The notes beneath the pieces were generated by a model that made no database searches, was not told the origin of the DNA, and saw only the letters and a list, made by a program, of their open reading frames with translations. A stretch of 64,000 bases of DNA from Candidatus Poribacteria bacterium (GTDB lineage: Bacteria; Poribacteria; WGA-4E; PCPOR2b): positions 32,001-96,000 of the forward strand of contig OZ240245.1 in NCBI GenBank assembly GCA_965198175.1. Direction: 5' to 3'. Made by a program: the position numbers and the translations under genes. The stretch's first letter is position 1. Each line of letters opens with the position of its first letter. Below, one piece after another: positions 22,022-32,192 of this stretch.

Positions 22022-23137
22022 TCAAGAAGATTTCGCCGCACTCGTATCTTGGCTATCCATGCTTGGTTGAGATTTAAGCGTACCGGAATCGTCGCTGCCA
22101 CGTATCACCACCGCGGTCTCAACGGCTCTAAGCTGCACTTGATCGTCGACCTTAAACGGGCAGCGGTGGTCAGTCTGCACAAAGTAACTGTGTTCTCCGA
22201 TTTGTACCCGGTATGTCAAATCATGCCCCTTAAACTCGCGCATCACGATTTTACCTCGGAGGCCAGTCGGGTGCACCTCATTGGAATGCTCAATAGCAAG
22301 ATGCTCAGGGCGAATCGAAAGCAACACCTTCCCCACCGCATGGCAATCGAGTGGAAGTCTGCCCAGCGGAGTGTCAGCACAATCACCCTTGGCTTCGCCC
22401 GCAATTAGGTTTGTCTTACCAAGAAACTCCGCCACGAATGGCGTTTGTGGACGGTGATAGATTGATTCGGGTGTCCCGATTTGTTCAATCCGTCCGTTCT
22501 GCATTACAGCGATCCGGTTGGCTAAGCAGAGAGCTTCCTCTTGGTCATGTGTGACCAACACCGCGCTCATCCCGGTTTTTTTCAACAGACCCCGCACCTC
22601 TTCACGGGTTGTATGACGTAACTCAGCATCAAGGTTAGAAAATGGCTCGTCTAACAGGATTAGCTCGGGACCTGGAGCAATTGAACGAGCCAATGCGACC
22701 CGTTGTTGCTCTCCCCCAGAAAGCTCATGAGGCTTCCGATCTTTGATTGAAATTAGGTCGACCAACTCCATCACCTCTAGAGATCGCTGACGAAGCGATT
22801 TAGCGGGCAGTTTCCTGAGTCCAAATCCGACATTGTCCATGACGTTGAGATGCGGGAAAAGGGCGTAGTCCTGTAAGACAAATCCGATTCCCCGTGTTTT
22901 CGGTGACAGGTGTACTTTGGGGCTGTCAAGAACCCGATCTTCCAGATGAATCTCTCCTGCATCAGGGCGCTCAAAGCCGGCAATCATTCGCAAGGTCGTT
23001 GTCTTCCCACAGCCACTCGGTCCTAAAAGCGCGAAGATTTCGCTGGGGTAAACATCAAAGCTCACCCGCACTACTACAGGGCCAAGGTGAGGAGCAAGTT
23101 GCTTGGTAAGATTGCGCACACTAAGCAAGGGCTTCAT
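22022..23137 (-). CDS. Fe3+ ABC transporter ATP-binding subunit (FbpC/FutC-like)
   Basis: GPSGCGKTT, QDYALFPH, LSGGEQQRVALAR, LLDEPFS, TOBE-like tail. Confidence 0.9.
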   Translation of the reverse strand: MKPLLSVRNLTKQLAPHLGPVVVRVSFDVYPSEIFALLGPSGCGKTTTLRMIAGFERPDAGEIHLEDRVLDSPKVHLSPKTRGIGFVLQDYALFPHLNVMDNVGFGLRKLPAKSLRQRSLEVMELVDLISIKDRKPHELSGGEQQRVALARSIAPGPELILLDEPFSNLDAELRHTTREEVRGLLKKTGMSAVLVTHDQEEALCLANRIAVMQNGRIEQIGTPESIYHRPQTPFVAEFLGKTNLIAGEAKGDCADTPLGRLPLDCHAVGKVLLSIRPEHLAIEHSNEVHPTGLRGKIVMREFKGHDLTYRVQIGEHSYFVQTDHRCPFKVDDQVQLRAVETAVVIRGSDDSGTLKSQPSMDSQDTSAAKSS

Positions 23138-24698
23138 GGTGAATCCTTTCCTGGCTGAGTAGAAGTCCCACAAACAGTGCCGAGATAAGCAGAATGACGA
23201 GCGCGTACGGTGCAGCTTTGGCAAATTCAGCTTCTGTTGTATAACTCCAGACGTTTACTGCCAACGTCTCGTATCCCGCAGGAGAAAGCAAGACTGTGAG
23301 GGGAAGTTCTTTCATGGCAGAGAGAAAAACCAAGGCGGTACTCGCTGTAAGTCCGCCGCGCAAAAGCGGAAAAGTTGCCTTGAAAAACGCCTTGAGAGGG
23401 GCATAGCCAAGAGACTGAGCTGCCTCCTCCAGGCGAGGCGGCGCTTGATAGAGCGCGCTGCGGACGGGACCGATTGCTTCAGCGAGGAAGTGCAATGTGT
23501 AAGCAAAGATCAAGACCCAAAGTGTTTGATAAATCCCGGGTATCCGTAGTGTGAAAAAGATGAGCGCAAGTGCGAATGCCACAGGTGGCGTAGCGTAACC
23601 GATATATGCCACACGTTCTAAGAACCGGGAGAGGAAGGTGAGGTAACGCACGCCCAAATAGGCAAGCGGCACGGCGAAGCAGGTGGAGAGAAGCGCGGCA
23701 GGTGTTGAAGCAAAGACCGATCCAGAGAGTGCTTCACGCAAGGATTGAAAATTTGAAGGTACGTTTTCCTTCAACATCCAGAAACAGATTGTTACAGTGG
23801 GAACAATCACACTAGCAAACGCTAAAACGCCGAGGAAAATGTAGGCAGGTGTCTGCCAAGGGCCAAGGGGGATAAGTGATACTTTACGAGGTGGACCACT
23901 TCCGGTGCGGTGAAGCTTAGTTCCACACAACAGTTTAGCTTCAGTGTAGATGAAAACGCCGGCGAGCAGGAGAAGCATCAATGCGAGCCAGGCCGCGTAG
24001 GTGCGATCGAAGGATTGGGTCTGCGAGTAAAGCGCGTAACTAAAGGTTTCGTAGCGCATCAATGAAACCACACCAAAATCGCCGAGAACGTGTAGTCCGA
24101 CGATGAGCCCGCCAGCGTAAAAGGTTGGGCGAAGCTGTGGCATAACCACATATCGGGAAACGTCCCATGTCCGGTAACCGAGACTGCGAGCAGATTCTTC
24201 GAGCGCCGCATCAAGCCCTAACAGCGCTGAACGTATATTCATAAAGAGATAAGGAAACGTGTAGAAACTGAGCGCGATGAGCGCACCCCAGTAGCCACTT
24301 AGACGGGGCAACCTGAGCCCAAAGAGACTCGCAACAATTCCATCGGGACCGCTCAGTCCCAACAAAGTATACGCCATTACGTAACCCGGAATCGCCAGTG
24401 GCAAAACGCCCAACAAGGTAAAAATCCGTTTGCCTTTGAGTTCTGTACGGGTGGTGAGCCACGCAAGAGGGGTTGCCAATAGCCCGCCGACAGCGAGGAC
24501 ACCAGCGGCAAGGAGAAATGTATTCACAAAGAGGTACAGATTTCTCGCGCGGAAGACAATTTGCATGAGATCCGCTGTTTCCGCTTGGAAGGCTCGGACG
24601 AGTAAGTAAGCCAATGGCAAGAGTACTCCTGTTCCGACCACAATCGCAGGAACAGTGAAGTACCATGGTGAGAGTTGCCGCGCGAGAAGAGTTCTCAT
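23121..24698 (-). CDS. Fe3+ ABC transporter permease (FbpB/FutB-like)
   Basis: Two EAA loops (LEESARSLG, LEEAAQSLG), MKELPLT, about 12 TM segments. Confidence 0.9.
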   Translation of the reverse strand: MRTLLARQLSPWYFTVPAIVVGTGVLLPLAYLLVRAFQAETADLMQIVFRARNLYLFVNTFLLAAGVLAVGGLLATPLAWLTTRTELKGKRIFTLLGVLPLAIPGYVMAYTLLGLSGPDGIVASLFGLRLPRLSGYWGALIALSFYTFPYLFMNIRSALLGLDAALEESARSLGYRTWDVSRYVVMPQLRPTFYAGGLIVGLHVLGDFGVVSLMRYETFSYALYSQTQSFDRTYAAWLALMLLLLAGVFIYTEAKLLCGTKLHRTGSGPPRKVSLIPLGPWQTPAYIFLGVLAFASVIVPTVTICFWMLKENVPSNFQSLREALSGSVFASTPAALLSTCFAVPLAYLGVRYLTFLSRFLERVAYIGYATPPVAFALALIFFTLRIPGIYQTLWVLIFAYTLHFLAEAIGPVRSALYQAPPRLEEAAQSLGYAPLKAFFKATFPLLRGGLTASTALVFLSAMKELPLTVLLSPAGYETLAVNVWSYTTEAEFAKAAPYALVILLISALFVGLLLSQERIHHEALA

Positions 24699-25693
24699 AG
24701 AAGACCGACCTTCCTCAGTAGTTTCAGCGTACCATCCAGATCGTCCAAATCCTCTAGGTTAAGGGCTGGCATCTGCTTTAAAAGGTTATCCAGCGATAAC
24801 AGTTTTGCGTTGGGAATTACCTTATCCGTGACTGGGTACTCGAAGACCTCGCTGGTAAAGAACTGCTGGGCTTTGACGGATAGCAAAAATTTGATGAACG
24901 CCAACGCGTCTTCAGACCGCTTGCTACTCTTCAGGAGAGCTATGCCAGCTACGTTGACCAGATTTCCTAGGTCGCCGGCTTTGAAGAAAGTCTGCTCGAC
25001 AGGGAACTTCGCATTGCCCTTTTTGAAGCGCAGGAGATAGTAGTGGTTTGGCAATCCCATATCAATTTCACCGGCGGCAATCGCCTGGATGATTGGGGTG
25101 TTTTTTGCATAGCTTTTCGTTTTGTTTGCCTTCATACCTCGAAGCCAACCCTCGGTTTTCTCCTCGCCTTCTAGAACTCGCATTGCGGTTACGAATGCTT
25201 GGAATGATGCATTCTGTGGCGCCCAACCGATTCGTCCCTTCCACATGGGCTGGGTGAGATCGAAGATACTATTGGGTAACGCTTCCGGGTTGACACGCTC
25301 AGGCGAGTACGCAAGTACGCGCGCCCGACCGCTGGTGGCGACCCAAGTTCCGTCTACGTTTCGAAAACGCTCCGGCGCTTCAGATAAAATCGAATCGGTC
25401 AATCGGCTAAAGAGTTTTTGCTTGCTCAACGCGCCGAGCGCACCGGCGTCCTGCGCCCAGAACAGATCCGACGGGCTTTTCGCGCCCTCTTCCAGTAAAG
25501 CAACCGCCAACTGCGCAGTGTCGCCGTACCGCACTTTGACTTCGGTGCCGGTCTCCTTCTCAAACTGTTTGATGATTGGCTCAACCAGACTTTTACTTCT
25601 TCCAGAATAAATCACCAATTCCTTGGCATCTGTTGTTCCGTAAATTGCCGCGCTTAAGAGTAAACTTAGAACTGCAGCGGAACACCTCAACAT
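24695..25693 (-). CDS. Fe3+ ABC transporter substrate-binding protein (FbpA/FutA-like)
   Basis: LVIYSGR, EEGAKSPSDLFWAQD, SGRARV, NHYY iron-ligand tyrosines, FEYP. Confidence 0.92.
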   Translation of the reverse strand: MLRCSAAVLSLLLSAAIYGTTDAKELVIYSGRSKSLVEPIIKQFEKETGTEVKVRYGDTAQLAVALLEEGAKSPSDLFWAQDAGALGALSKQKLFSRLTDSILSEAPERFRNVDGTWVATSGRARVLAYSPERVNPEALPNSIFDLTQPMWKGRIGWAPQNASFQAFVTAMRVLEGEEKTEGWLRGMKANKTKSYAKNTPIIQAIAAGEIDMGLPNHYYLLRFKKGNAKFPVEQTFFKAGDLGNLVNVAGIALLKSSKRSEDALAFIKFLLSVKAQQFFTSEVFEYPVTDKVIPNAKLLSLDNLLKQMPALNLEDLDDLDGTLKLLRKVGLL

Positions 25694-25754
25694 TATAATC
25701 TCCAATCAGTGTATTGTTGGATTCGAGGCGCCAAGGATTTTCTAGCTTCCCCGC

Positions 25755-25783
25755 TTGACATCTCGAGCCACGCCAACTATACT
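25755..25783 (+). promoter_or_regulatory. Sigma70-type promoter for bfr
   Basis: TTGACA-N17-TATACT about 70 bp upstream of the bfr ATG. Confidence 0.7.
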
Positions 25784-25852
25784 ACTATGTGTGCACCTAA
25801 ATTTGAAGGGTTCTGATAAAGGCTAACTCATCCAAGTGTAAAGGAGAAAACA

Positions 25853-26332
25853 ATGGACGGTCATCCCGAAATCATCGAAGTTCTCAACGAAGTTTTGACA
25901 TCCGAACTCACTGCAATCAATCAGTATTTTGCCCATTCCGAAATTTGTGAAAATTGGCAATACAACCATCTCCATCAAGCGATACGTGAGCATGCGATTG
26001 GAGAGATGAAGCATGCGGAAAAACTAATCGCGCGGATTCTGTACCTCAACGCCATGCCTAACATGACGCGTTATTTTGAGATTAAGATTGGCACGACCGT
26101 CGAGGAGATGATGGAAAACGACCTTGACCTTGAAAAAGAAGCTGTTGAACGGCTGAATGCCTTCATCGAACTCGCAATTACGCACAAGGACGCCGGTTCT
26201 CGAGAACTTCTAGAAGAGATTCTCAAAGATGAGGAAGACCACGTCGACTGGATTGAAGCCCAGTTAGACCAGATTAACCAGATGGGAATCCAAAACTACC
26301 TTGCGCAACAAATTGGCACCGAAGAAGCGTAA
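25853..26332 (+). CDS. bfr: Bacterioferritin
   Basis: LNEVLTSELTAINQYF.H, EMKHAEKLI.RILYL, DEEDHVDWIE, QMGIQNYL; AAGGAG RBS. Confidence 0.96.
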   Translation: MDGHPEIIEVLNEVLTSELTAINQYFAHSEICENWQYNHLHQAIREHAIGEMKHAEKLIARILYLNAMPNMTRYFEIKIGTTVEEMMENDLDLEKEAVERLNAFIELAITHKDAGSRELLEEILKDEEDHVDWIEAQLDQINQMGIQNYLAQQIGTEEA

Positions 26333-26548
26333 CCATGTGCCGTTATTACCTCAAACGTTAGCGAGGCGCTAACCTCGCGGTGACAGTAGAACCACTTTTG
26401 CCCGGGGTGCTTGGCGCTCCTGATTCAGAACCGTCTAATCGTGCGAAGGACAGGGTATAAATTAACCTCTATTATTTTCGAACCTTAAACCACCGGTTTG
26501 CTTTCCCACTGCGCTAGAAGCATCATTCTCTTGAACAGTTAGAAATCT

Positions 26549-26567
26549 GATATTGAGACTCAGTATC
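26549..26567. promoter_or_regulatory. Fur box
   Basis: GATATTGAGACTCAGTATC matches GATAATGATAATCATTATC at 15/19 positions, is near-palindromic and lies in an iron locus. Confidence 0.7.
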
Positions 26568-26585
26568 ATTTGCTGACAACGTACA

Positions 26586-26615
26586 ATTATAGCATCTAGA
26601 ATAATTGCATGTCAA
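26586..26615 (-). promoter_or_regulatory. Consensus sigma70 promoter pointing toward the bfr 3' end (antisense)
   Basis: Minus strand TTGACA-N18-TATAAT with a TGn extended -10. Confidence 0.7.
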
Positions 26616-26713
26616 AGATTTTTGAAATTCTTCTGAATGTCTCAAGTATTCTACTTTAAATTATATATTGGGGTATTCGTTAAAGCAATCGCTCGACTTT
26701 TCCTGAATGTTAC

Positions 26714-27301
26714 TCAACGTTTTCCAACATTCTCGCCAAATTTAATATTGGACCTCTCTGCAGCAGTAACAACCTCACGCACGATTCTCATGGTTAAATC
26801 GGCTAGGTTCTGTGCAAACATTTGACTAGCGTTATTGGACTCTGCAACCTCACGATATCGGGTTCCACTGCGTAACGTTACCAACCGATGATTCGCAATA
26901 CCGAGCGCGCTTGAAACCAGTTCGATCGGCACAGTAAGCGTTTCCGTCGAAGGAGTTTCGCTTGTTGGCAGTTCAACTTCAGTAACGGCTTCGACTGACT
27001 GCACCGCCTCTGGCTCACCGTCAAGGGGATTACCCGCTAAAAATGCTTCTTGGCGAGACTCTATCGTTTCAAGAACCTGTTCGGCTGCCATCTGTTCCGC
27101 AAGTCGCTTTGAGCCGCGAATCGGCGTAGGCGTTATGTAACTGGATTGTCCATACGTAACGGTAACAATCCAGCTAGGCGTCTCCGGTTTTCCTTGCTGA
27201 ATAGACTCATACACCGGTTCTCTAAGGCTCCTCGCATGACAGAGTTGTTGAAGTATCCCTTTGTAATTCTGAATTTCGCTCTGAGTTGTTATCTCTGACA
27301 T
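26714..27301 (-). CDS. Stand-alone double-stranded RNA-binding motif (dsRBD) protein
   Basis: NYKGILQQLCH...PVYE...GSKRLAEQMAAEQVL matches the RNase III-type dsRBD; no nuclease domain. Confidence 0.7.
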   Translation of the reverse strand: MSEITTQSEIQNYKGILQQLCHARSLREPVYESIQQGKPETPSWIVTVTYGQSSYITPTPIRGSKRLAEQMAAEQVLETIESRQEAFLAGNPLDGEPEAVQSVEAVTEVELPTSETPSTETLTVPIELVSSALGIANHRLVTLRSGTRYREVAESNNASQMFAQNLADLTMRIVREVVTAAERSNIKFGENVGKR

Positions 27302-27402
27302 TTAAATCTCCCAAATCATTCTGTAACGGCGAAAAAGGTGTCCTTCTATAGAGAGTGTCTCTTAATCTCCGTGGAATTGTGATAAGCGGGGTTTGCTACC
27401 AC

Positions 27403-29040
27403 CTACACCGGCTCAAATCTCATAGTCGGCTCATTTCGACGAACGACTAGGTGTTTTCGCCAATGCGCGTCATCTCTTTCAGAGAAGTCCTCTCGATAGT
27501 GTCCTCCCCGGCTTTCGGTTCGTGCAATAGCTATGCGAGTTATCAACCTCGCCACCTCAAGCATATTCTGAAATTCAAGCGCTTCAATTTGATCTCCCAA
27601 TGCTTGCTGATCCAACGTTGCTAACGCATCGGCTACTATCTTTAGGTCCTCCCCATTCCTGAGGATACCGGTGTGTTCCCACATCAGTTCACGGACAATG
27701 TCTTGGGCTGAGCTGACGTCAACAGTCGCAGCGGCTGTGCCATTGAATTCATCGTCGCTAGATTCTGATTCGTAATCCGACCGAATGCGAACATTCGTGT
27801 GCATTTGTGTGCCGACTGTCCCCGCAAATTCAGCCGTGGCTTTTCCCGCACGAGCGCCAAAAACGATGCACTCAAGCAATGAATTACTCGCGAGTCGATT
27901 CGCGCCATGGACGCCTGTGCAGGCAACTTCTCCACAGGCTGAAAGTCCACGAATATCCGTCTCGGCATTCATGTTGGTTCGGACACCGCCCATCATGAAA
28001 TGCGCTCCAGGTCGAACAGGGATTACATCTGTTTTAATATCGATTCCGTACTGACTACACGTTTGATAGATTGTCGGGAAGCGGGTCTGTATAAAATTCG
28101 GGGATAGATGTGTGATATCCAAATAGACACAGGGCGAATCCGTCAATTCCATTTCGCTTAGGATGGCGCGGCTCACCACATCTCGCGGCGCGAGTTCTTC
28201 CAGTTCGTGATATTTGCCCATAAACCGTTCTCCACGCCCGCTGATTAAGGCTCCGCCCTCGCCCCGCAACGCTTCAGAGATTAAGAAATGGGGCGCGCCC
28301 ATCAGGAACAAGGTAGTTGGATGAAATTGGACAAACTCCATATCCATCATTTCACAGCCCGCCCGCCATGCTAGAGCGTAGCCGTCTCCCGTTGCGACTT
28401 CTGGGTTCGACGTACACCGATAGATACGTCCAAGCCCACCTGCTGCGAGGATTGTGGCTTTGGCAAAGATGCAATGGAGGGTGTTATTGATGAGGGCGAC
28501 TACCCCGTAGCATGTGTTGTCCTGCGTCATGAAGTCAACCGCGAAGGCGTGCTCAATAACTTGTATCCGCTCTTGCTTCATGAGATGCGTGACTAAAACG
28601 TGCGTGGTTTCTGCGCCAGTGGCGTCGCCACGGTGAACAATACGCCGGCGTTGATGCGCCGCTTCCTGGGTGAAACCGAGGGCTTCACCCTCCTTATCGA
28701 AATTTGCGCCCCATTGAATTAGTTCCGAGACCCGTTCAATTCCCTCTTCAACCATGATTTGTACAGCAGTTTCATTGCAGAGTCCAGCCCCTGCTTTGAG
28801 GGTATCTTCGACATGGAAACCGATTTCGTCATCCGCACTCATGGCAACGGCGATGCCACCTTGCGCATAGCGCGTATTACTCTCCTGAAGCGCGCTTTTT
28901 GTGATCAACACGACATCGCCATGATGATTGGCTTCAATGGCTGCTCTTAATCCAGCGCTACCACTTCCAACCACCAAGAAATCGGTGTCGATTCTTGGAA
29001 GCTTCGCAGAATCAAAATTGATGAGATATCGGCGACTCAT
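27403..29040 (-). CDS. nadB: L-aspartate oxidase
   Basis: VVGSGSAGL, YAQGGIA, EFVQFHPT, LISEALRGEG, LAPRDVV, GVHGANRLASNSLLE. Confidence 0.95.
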   Translation of the reverse strand: MSRRYLINFDSAKLPRIDTDFLVVGSGSAGLRAAIEANHHGDVVLITKSALQESNTRYAQGGIAVAMSADDEIGFHVEDTLKAGAGLCNETAVQIMVEEGIERVSELIQWGANFDKEGEALGFTQEAAHQRRRIVHRGDATGAETTHVLVTHLMKQERIQVIEHAFAVDFMTQDNTCYGVVALINNTLHCIFAKATILAAGGLGRIYRCTSNPEVATGDGYALAWRAGCEMMDMEFVQFHPTTLFLMGAPHFLISEALRGEGGALISGRGERFMGKYHELEELAPRDVVSRAILSEMELTDSPCVYLDITHLSPNFIQTRFPTIYQTCSQYGIDIKTDVIPVRPGAHFMMGGVRTNMNAETDIRGLSACGEVACTGVHGANRLASNSLLECIVFGARAGKATAEFAGTVGTQMHTNVRIRSDYESESSDDEFNGTAAATVDVSSAQDIVRELMWEHTGILRNGEDLKIVADALATLDQQALGDQIEALEFQNMLEVARLITRIAIARTESRGGHYREDFSERDDAHWRKHLVVRRNEPTMRFEPV

Positions 29041-29131
29041 TTTGCTCTAATGCGATTCGGAAATCGCATATAATACCCCTTCGTAACAGTTTACCTAGAT
29101 GGCTCAAGCAAGAGAGCGGAGCGAACAATAT

Positions 29132-29545
29132 CTAGAAACCCCCAGCGACCTTCATGACTTTTCCGGTTCCTTCAGCGACCTGTGTTCCATCTTGCAGCTT
29201 AATCTCCGCCACAACCTCAATGAGCCGCTTTGCGATTTTCAGCCGATTGGCGGTCACAATAAGTTTCTGTCCGGCGGGCGCGGGACTCTTGAATCGAATA
29301 TCGAGTTGAGCAGTTACCGCGGGACCATCAAAACTAGCGATGCCCACGTATGTTATCGCCTCATCCAACAAGGTGCTCAGGATACCGCCGTGTACGATAT
29401 TTTCCCATCCTTGGAAGTGGTCTGGCGGGATACATTCAATCTTGACCTGTGTTCCGTCTGGCGCGATATCAGGATGGACTTGCAGACCAAATGGGTTCTC
29501 TTTACCACAAGCGAAACAGCGGTTATTGTTCTCAACACGCATCAT
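29132..29545 (-). CDS. PaaI family hot-dog thioesterase
   Basis: CFACGKENPFGL, QGWENIVHGGILSTLLDE. Confidence 0.88.
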   Translation of the reverse strand: MMRVENNNRCFACGKENPFGLQVHPDIAPDGTQVKIECIPPDHFQGWENIVHGGILSTLLDEAITYVGIASFDGPAVTAQLDIRFKSPAPAGQKLIVTANRLKIAKRLIEVVAEIKLQDGTQVAEGTGKVMKVAGGF

Positions 29546-29627
29546 GAACTGCTCCTGATAATACCGTTGAATCCGTTTTCGTTTTGGCTAAAGCTTGCCG
29601 TGCACACGGGGAAATTTTCTTTCTCGA

Positions 29628-30494
29628 TTATCCGTTTCCAAAGTCGAACCTTTCAAGATACTCGTTTATCTTTTGAACCATGAACCTCGCAGATTCCTCG
29701 GCTTTATCGGGCCACGCAAACACCGAATTGGTCATAACTCCATCAAAACCGACCTCCTGAAGTGTGCGGAAGAACATCTCCCAGTCAATCTCTCCCTCCC
29801 CGATGTTCAGATGCTGATGAATACGGACTGGGGATCCAAGTGGATTGACGATATACCGAACCGGAATCCGGTGATCGAGGGTATCGGCGACATGGACGTG
29901 ATTTAGAACCGGGGCTGCGTAGCGAATCATCTCGGTCATATTACCGCCCATGTGATAGGTGTGGGGGGCACAATACAGGTATCTGATATAGGGTGACCCA
30001 ATCGCACGGATAATGTCTACTGAACTGTTACCATCTTCAACAAAGTCGCCTGGATGCGGTTCAATTGCCATGGTGATGTGTTCCCGCTCAAGGATGGGGA
30101 CAATCTCCTCCATGGAACGCCAGAATGCGGCGTCACACGCCTCCGGGGTGTCCGGGTTCCCACTGAACTCCGAATTTAGGTGTGTGCATCCGAGTTCAAC
30201 CGCCACCTGGATCGCTTTTTCCCAGTAGTTTACAGCCGCTGCGCGTGCTTCAGGGTTGTCCGGTTCGGACCATCGGTAAACTGTCCACATGGATGCCAAT
30301 CCAACGTTGTAGTTGCGCAAAGCTCGCTTAAACTCGGCAATGTTTTCTCGATTTGCTCTGGGTCCTATGAACAGGGGCAAGAAATCGTCACGCGGCGACA
30401 ATTCGATCCACTGGTGTCCGGTATCGGCGGCAAATCTGCAAACTTCAGTCAGCGAACTGTCTCGTATCATCCAGGGGTCAAGCGCGATTTGCAT
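29628..30494 (-). CDS. Sugar phosphate isomerase/epimerase (IolH-like)
   Basis: IALDP.M, IELSPR.DF, EPHPGDF, YLYCAPH, HVHVAD, HQHL.IGEGE. Confidence 0.85.
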   Translation of the reverse strand: MQIALDPWMIRDSSLTEVCRFAADTGHQWIELSPRDDFLPLFIGPRANRENIAEFKRALRNYNVGLASMWTVYRWSEPDNPEARAAAVNYWEKAIQVAVELGCTHLNSEFSGNPDTPEACDAAFWRSMEEIVPILEREHITMAIEPHPGDFVEDGNSSVDIIRAIGSPYIRYLYCAPHTYHMGGNMTEMIRYAAPVLNHVHVADTLDHRIPVRYIVNPLGSPVRIHQHLNIGEGEIDWEMFFRTLQEVGFDGVMTNSVFAWPDKAEESARFMVQKINEYLERFDFGNG

Positions 30495-30522
30495 GTGTTT
30501 ACTTTTTAAGAAGGTTTGTGGG

Positions 30523-31587
30523 TTAGTCAGTTGATTCGTTTTCGTGTACGCCGTACTTTTTTCCGTGCTCCAAGATTAACTTCCAAACTATTTCCGGCAG
30601 TTCGATTCCCTCACGTGAGTGTTTTTCTTCAGCTTGCCGTTCCAGGTCACCGGGAACGAGCACTTCGGAGAAGCCGGGCGCTGGCGGGACAGATCGAATC
30701 CCATCCAGGAAAGCGTTGACAGCTTGTTGATACGCGTCGAGCGGTTGGAAAACGCTGATGTCGATTGCTTGAAAGTAGGTGCCGCCCATACGTTCCGATT
30801 CGGGGCTAACGGCGGCAAGCCCGCCAATCAGACAGGTCAGTAGAGAGATAGCATAACCCTTGTATCCGCCGAAGACAAGCATATTTCCGCCGTCAAAGAG
30901 GTCGCCGGGGTCGACGCTTGGCTGTCCGTGCTTGTCAATAATGCAGCCTGGGGGAAGCTCTGCTCCTTTTACACGGGCGATGTGAATCTTTGCGCCGGAG
31001 AGCATAGTTGTTGCGAAATCGGAAATAAAGTGTCTGCCATCCGCGGACGGCACGCCGAGCGCTATGGGATTAGTCGACAACGTTCCATCAGCACCACCGA
31101 ACGGCACGGCACCGCCTCGACGTTCTCCGCCCCAGCCCGACGTTACCATGCCGATGAATCCGTCCGCGGCAGCTTGTTCAACGAACTCCCCGAGTCTGCC
31201 GATATGATGCGTGCGTGTGAGGCTTACGGCGCCTATCCCGTTGGCGCGTGCTTTGTGCATCGCGAGGTCCATGCACCATCGTCCAGCATAGTGCCCCCAA
31301 CCTACATGACCGTCGACCAGCGCGGTGCTGGGCGTTTCTCGGACAAGTTCGGGCATTCCGTCAGGGATTAGCCTTTCATTTTCAATTGCATCTATGTAGC
31401 CCGCTCGAGCCGGCTCTGTATAAGTTGGGATTTGCGACACACCGTGCGAGGTATGTCCCTTGAGGTCAGAGTCAACAAGGATTTGGGCTACCACTTCAGC
31501 GACCTCGTGCGGTGTCCCAACCGCCTCAAAGAGGCGTGCGCAATAATCTCGAAGCGTATCTGCTTGAATCCGAAGCGTAGATTCCAC
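30523..31587 (-). CDS. Ldh_2 family (malate/L-lactate/sulfolactate-type) oxidoreductase
   Basis: DLKGHTSHG, HHIGRLG, TNPI, GGYKGY, VLVPGD. Confidence 0.9.
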   Translation of the reverse strand: MESTLRIQADTLRDYCARLFEAVGTPHEVAEVVAQILVDSDLKGHTSHGVSQIPTYTEPARAGYIDAIENERLIPDGMPELVRETPSTALVDGHVGWGHYAGRWCMDLAMHKARANGIGAVSLTRTHHIGRLGEFVEQAAADGFIGMVTSGWGGERRGGAVPFGGADGTLSTNPIALGVPSADGRHFISDFATTMLSGAKIHIARVKGAELPPGCIIDKHGQPSVDPGDLFDGGNMLVFGGYKGYAISLLTCLIGGLAAVSPESERMGGTYFQAIDISVFQPLDAYQQAVNAFLDGIRSVPPAPGFSEVLVPGDLERQAEEKHSREGIELPEIVWKLILEHGKKYGVHENESTD

Positions 31588-31769
31588 GCAATTGTCTCCT
31601 TTGGATGATATAAGGAATGGTACTATGGTCCACCCCGTGCTATAAGACAGCGTCAGGTAAACAGTGACAATTTCTGTAGGCGGGGTTTCCTAGCCCCGAT
31701 GGTCGGGGGACAAGGATTTCCCTTCTACAGACGGATAATACAATCGTTCTAAACTTATCTGACAGTGTA

Positions 31770-32192
31770 CTAGTCGAGTTCGTCTTCGTCCAACACGCAA
31801 CTAATCACTGCGGCGACCATCGTCTCGTCGCCGACTGCAACAACGTCGTGTTCCACCTTTGCCGGCATATACGCCGAGCCTCCTGGTCCGACAATCTTTT
31901 TTTCATCGCCGACAGTGATTTCCGCTTGACCCTCAAAGATATAATAGCACTGTTCCCAGCTTGGATGGTGGTGGCTCCCGTGCGCCTTCCCTGGGGGCCA
32001 TGTGTGGATGCCAACAATTAATCGTTTCGTGGGAAACGGATTGGAGTCTTGTTTTTCGTACAATTCGCCCTCGGGGCAGGTAATGACGACCGAGTATCCT
32101 GCCTCTTCACGAGGTATGCCTGGAATTGTTTCGTCGCCCCATCCCGTAAAACTGTTCTTCAAATCTTCCAACGTATGGATGTATTTCATCAT
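31770..32192 (-). CDS. Cupin domain protein
   Basis: HHHPSWEQCYY...YMPAKVEH. Confidence 0.85.
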   Translation of the reverse strand: MMKYIHTLEDLKNSFTGWGDETIPGIPREEAGYSVVITCPEGELYEKQDSNPFPTKRLIVGIHTWPPGKAHGSHHHPSWEQCYYIFEGQAEITVGDEKKIVGPGGSAYMPAKVEHDVVAVGDETMVAAVISCVLDEDELD

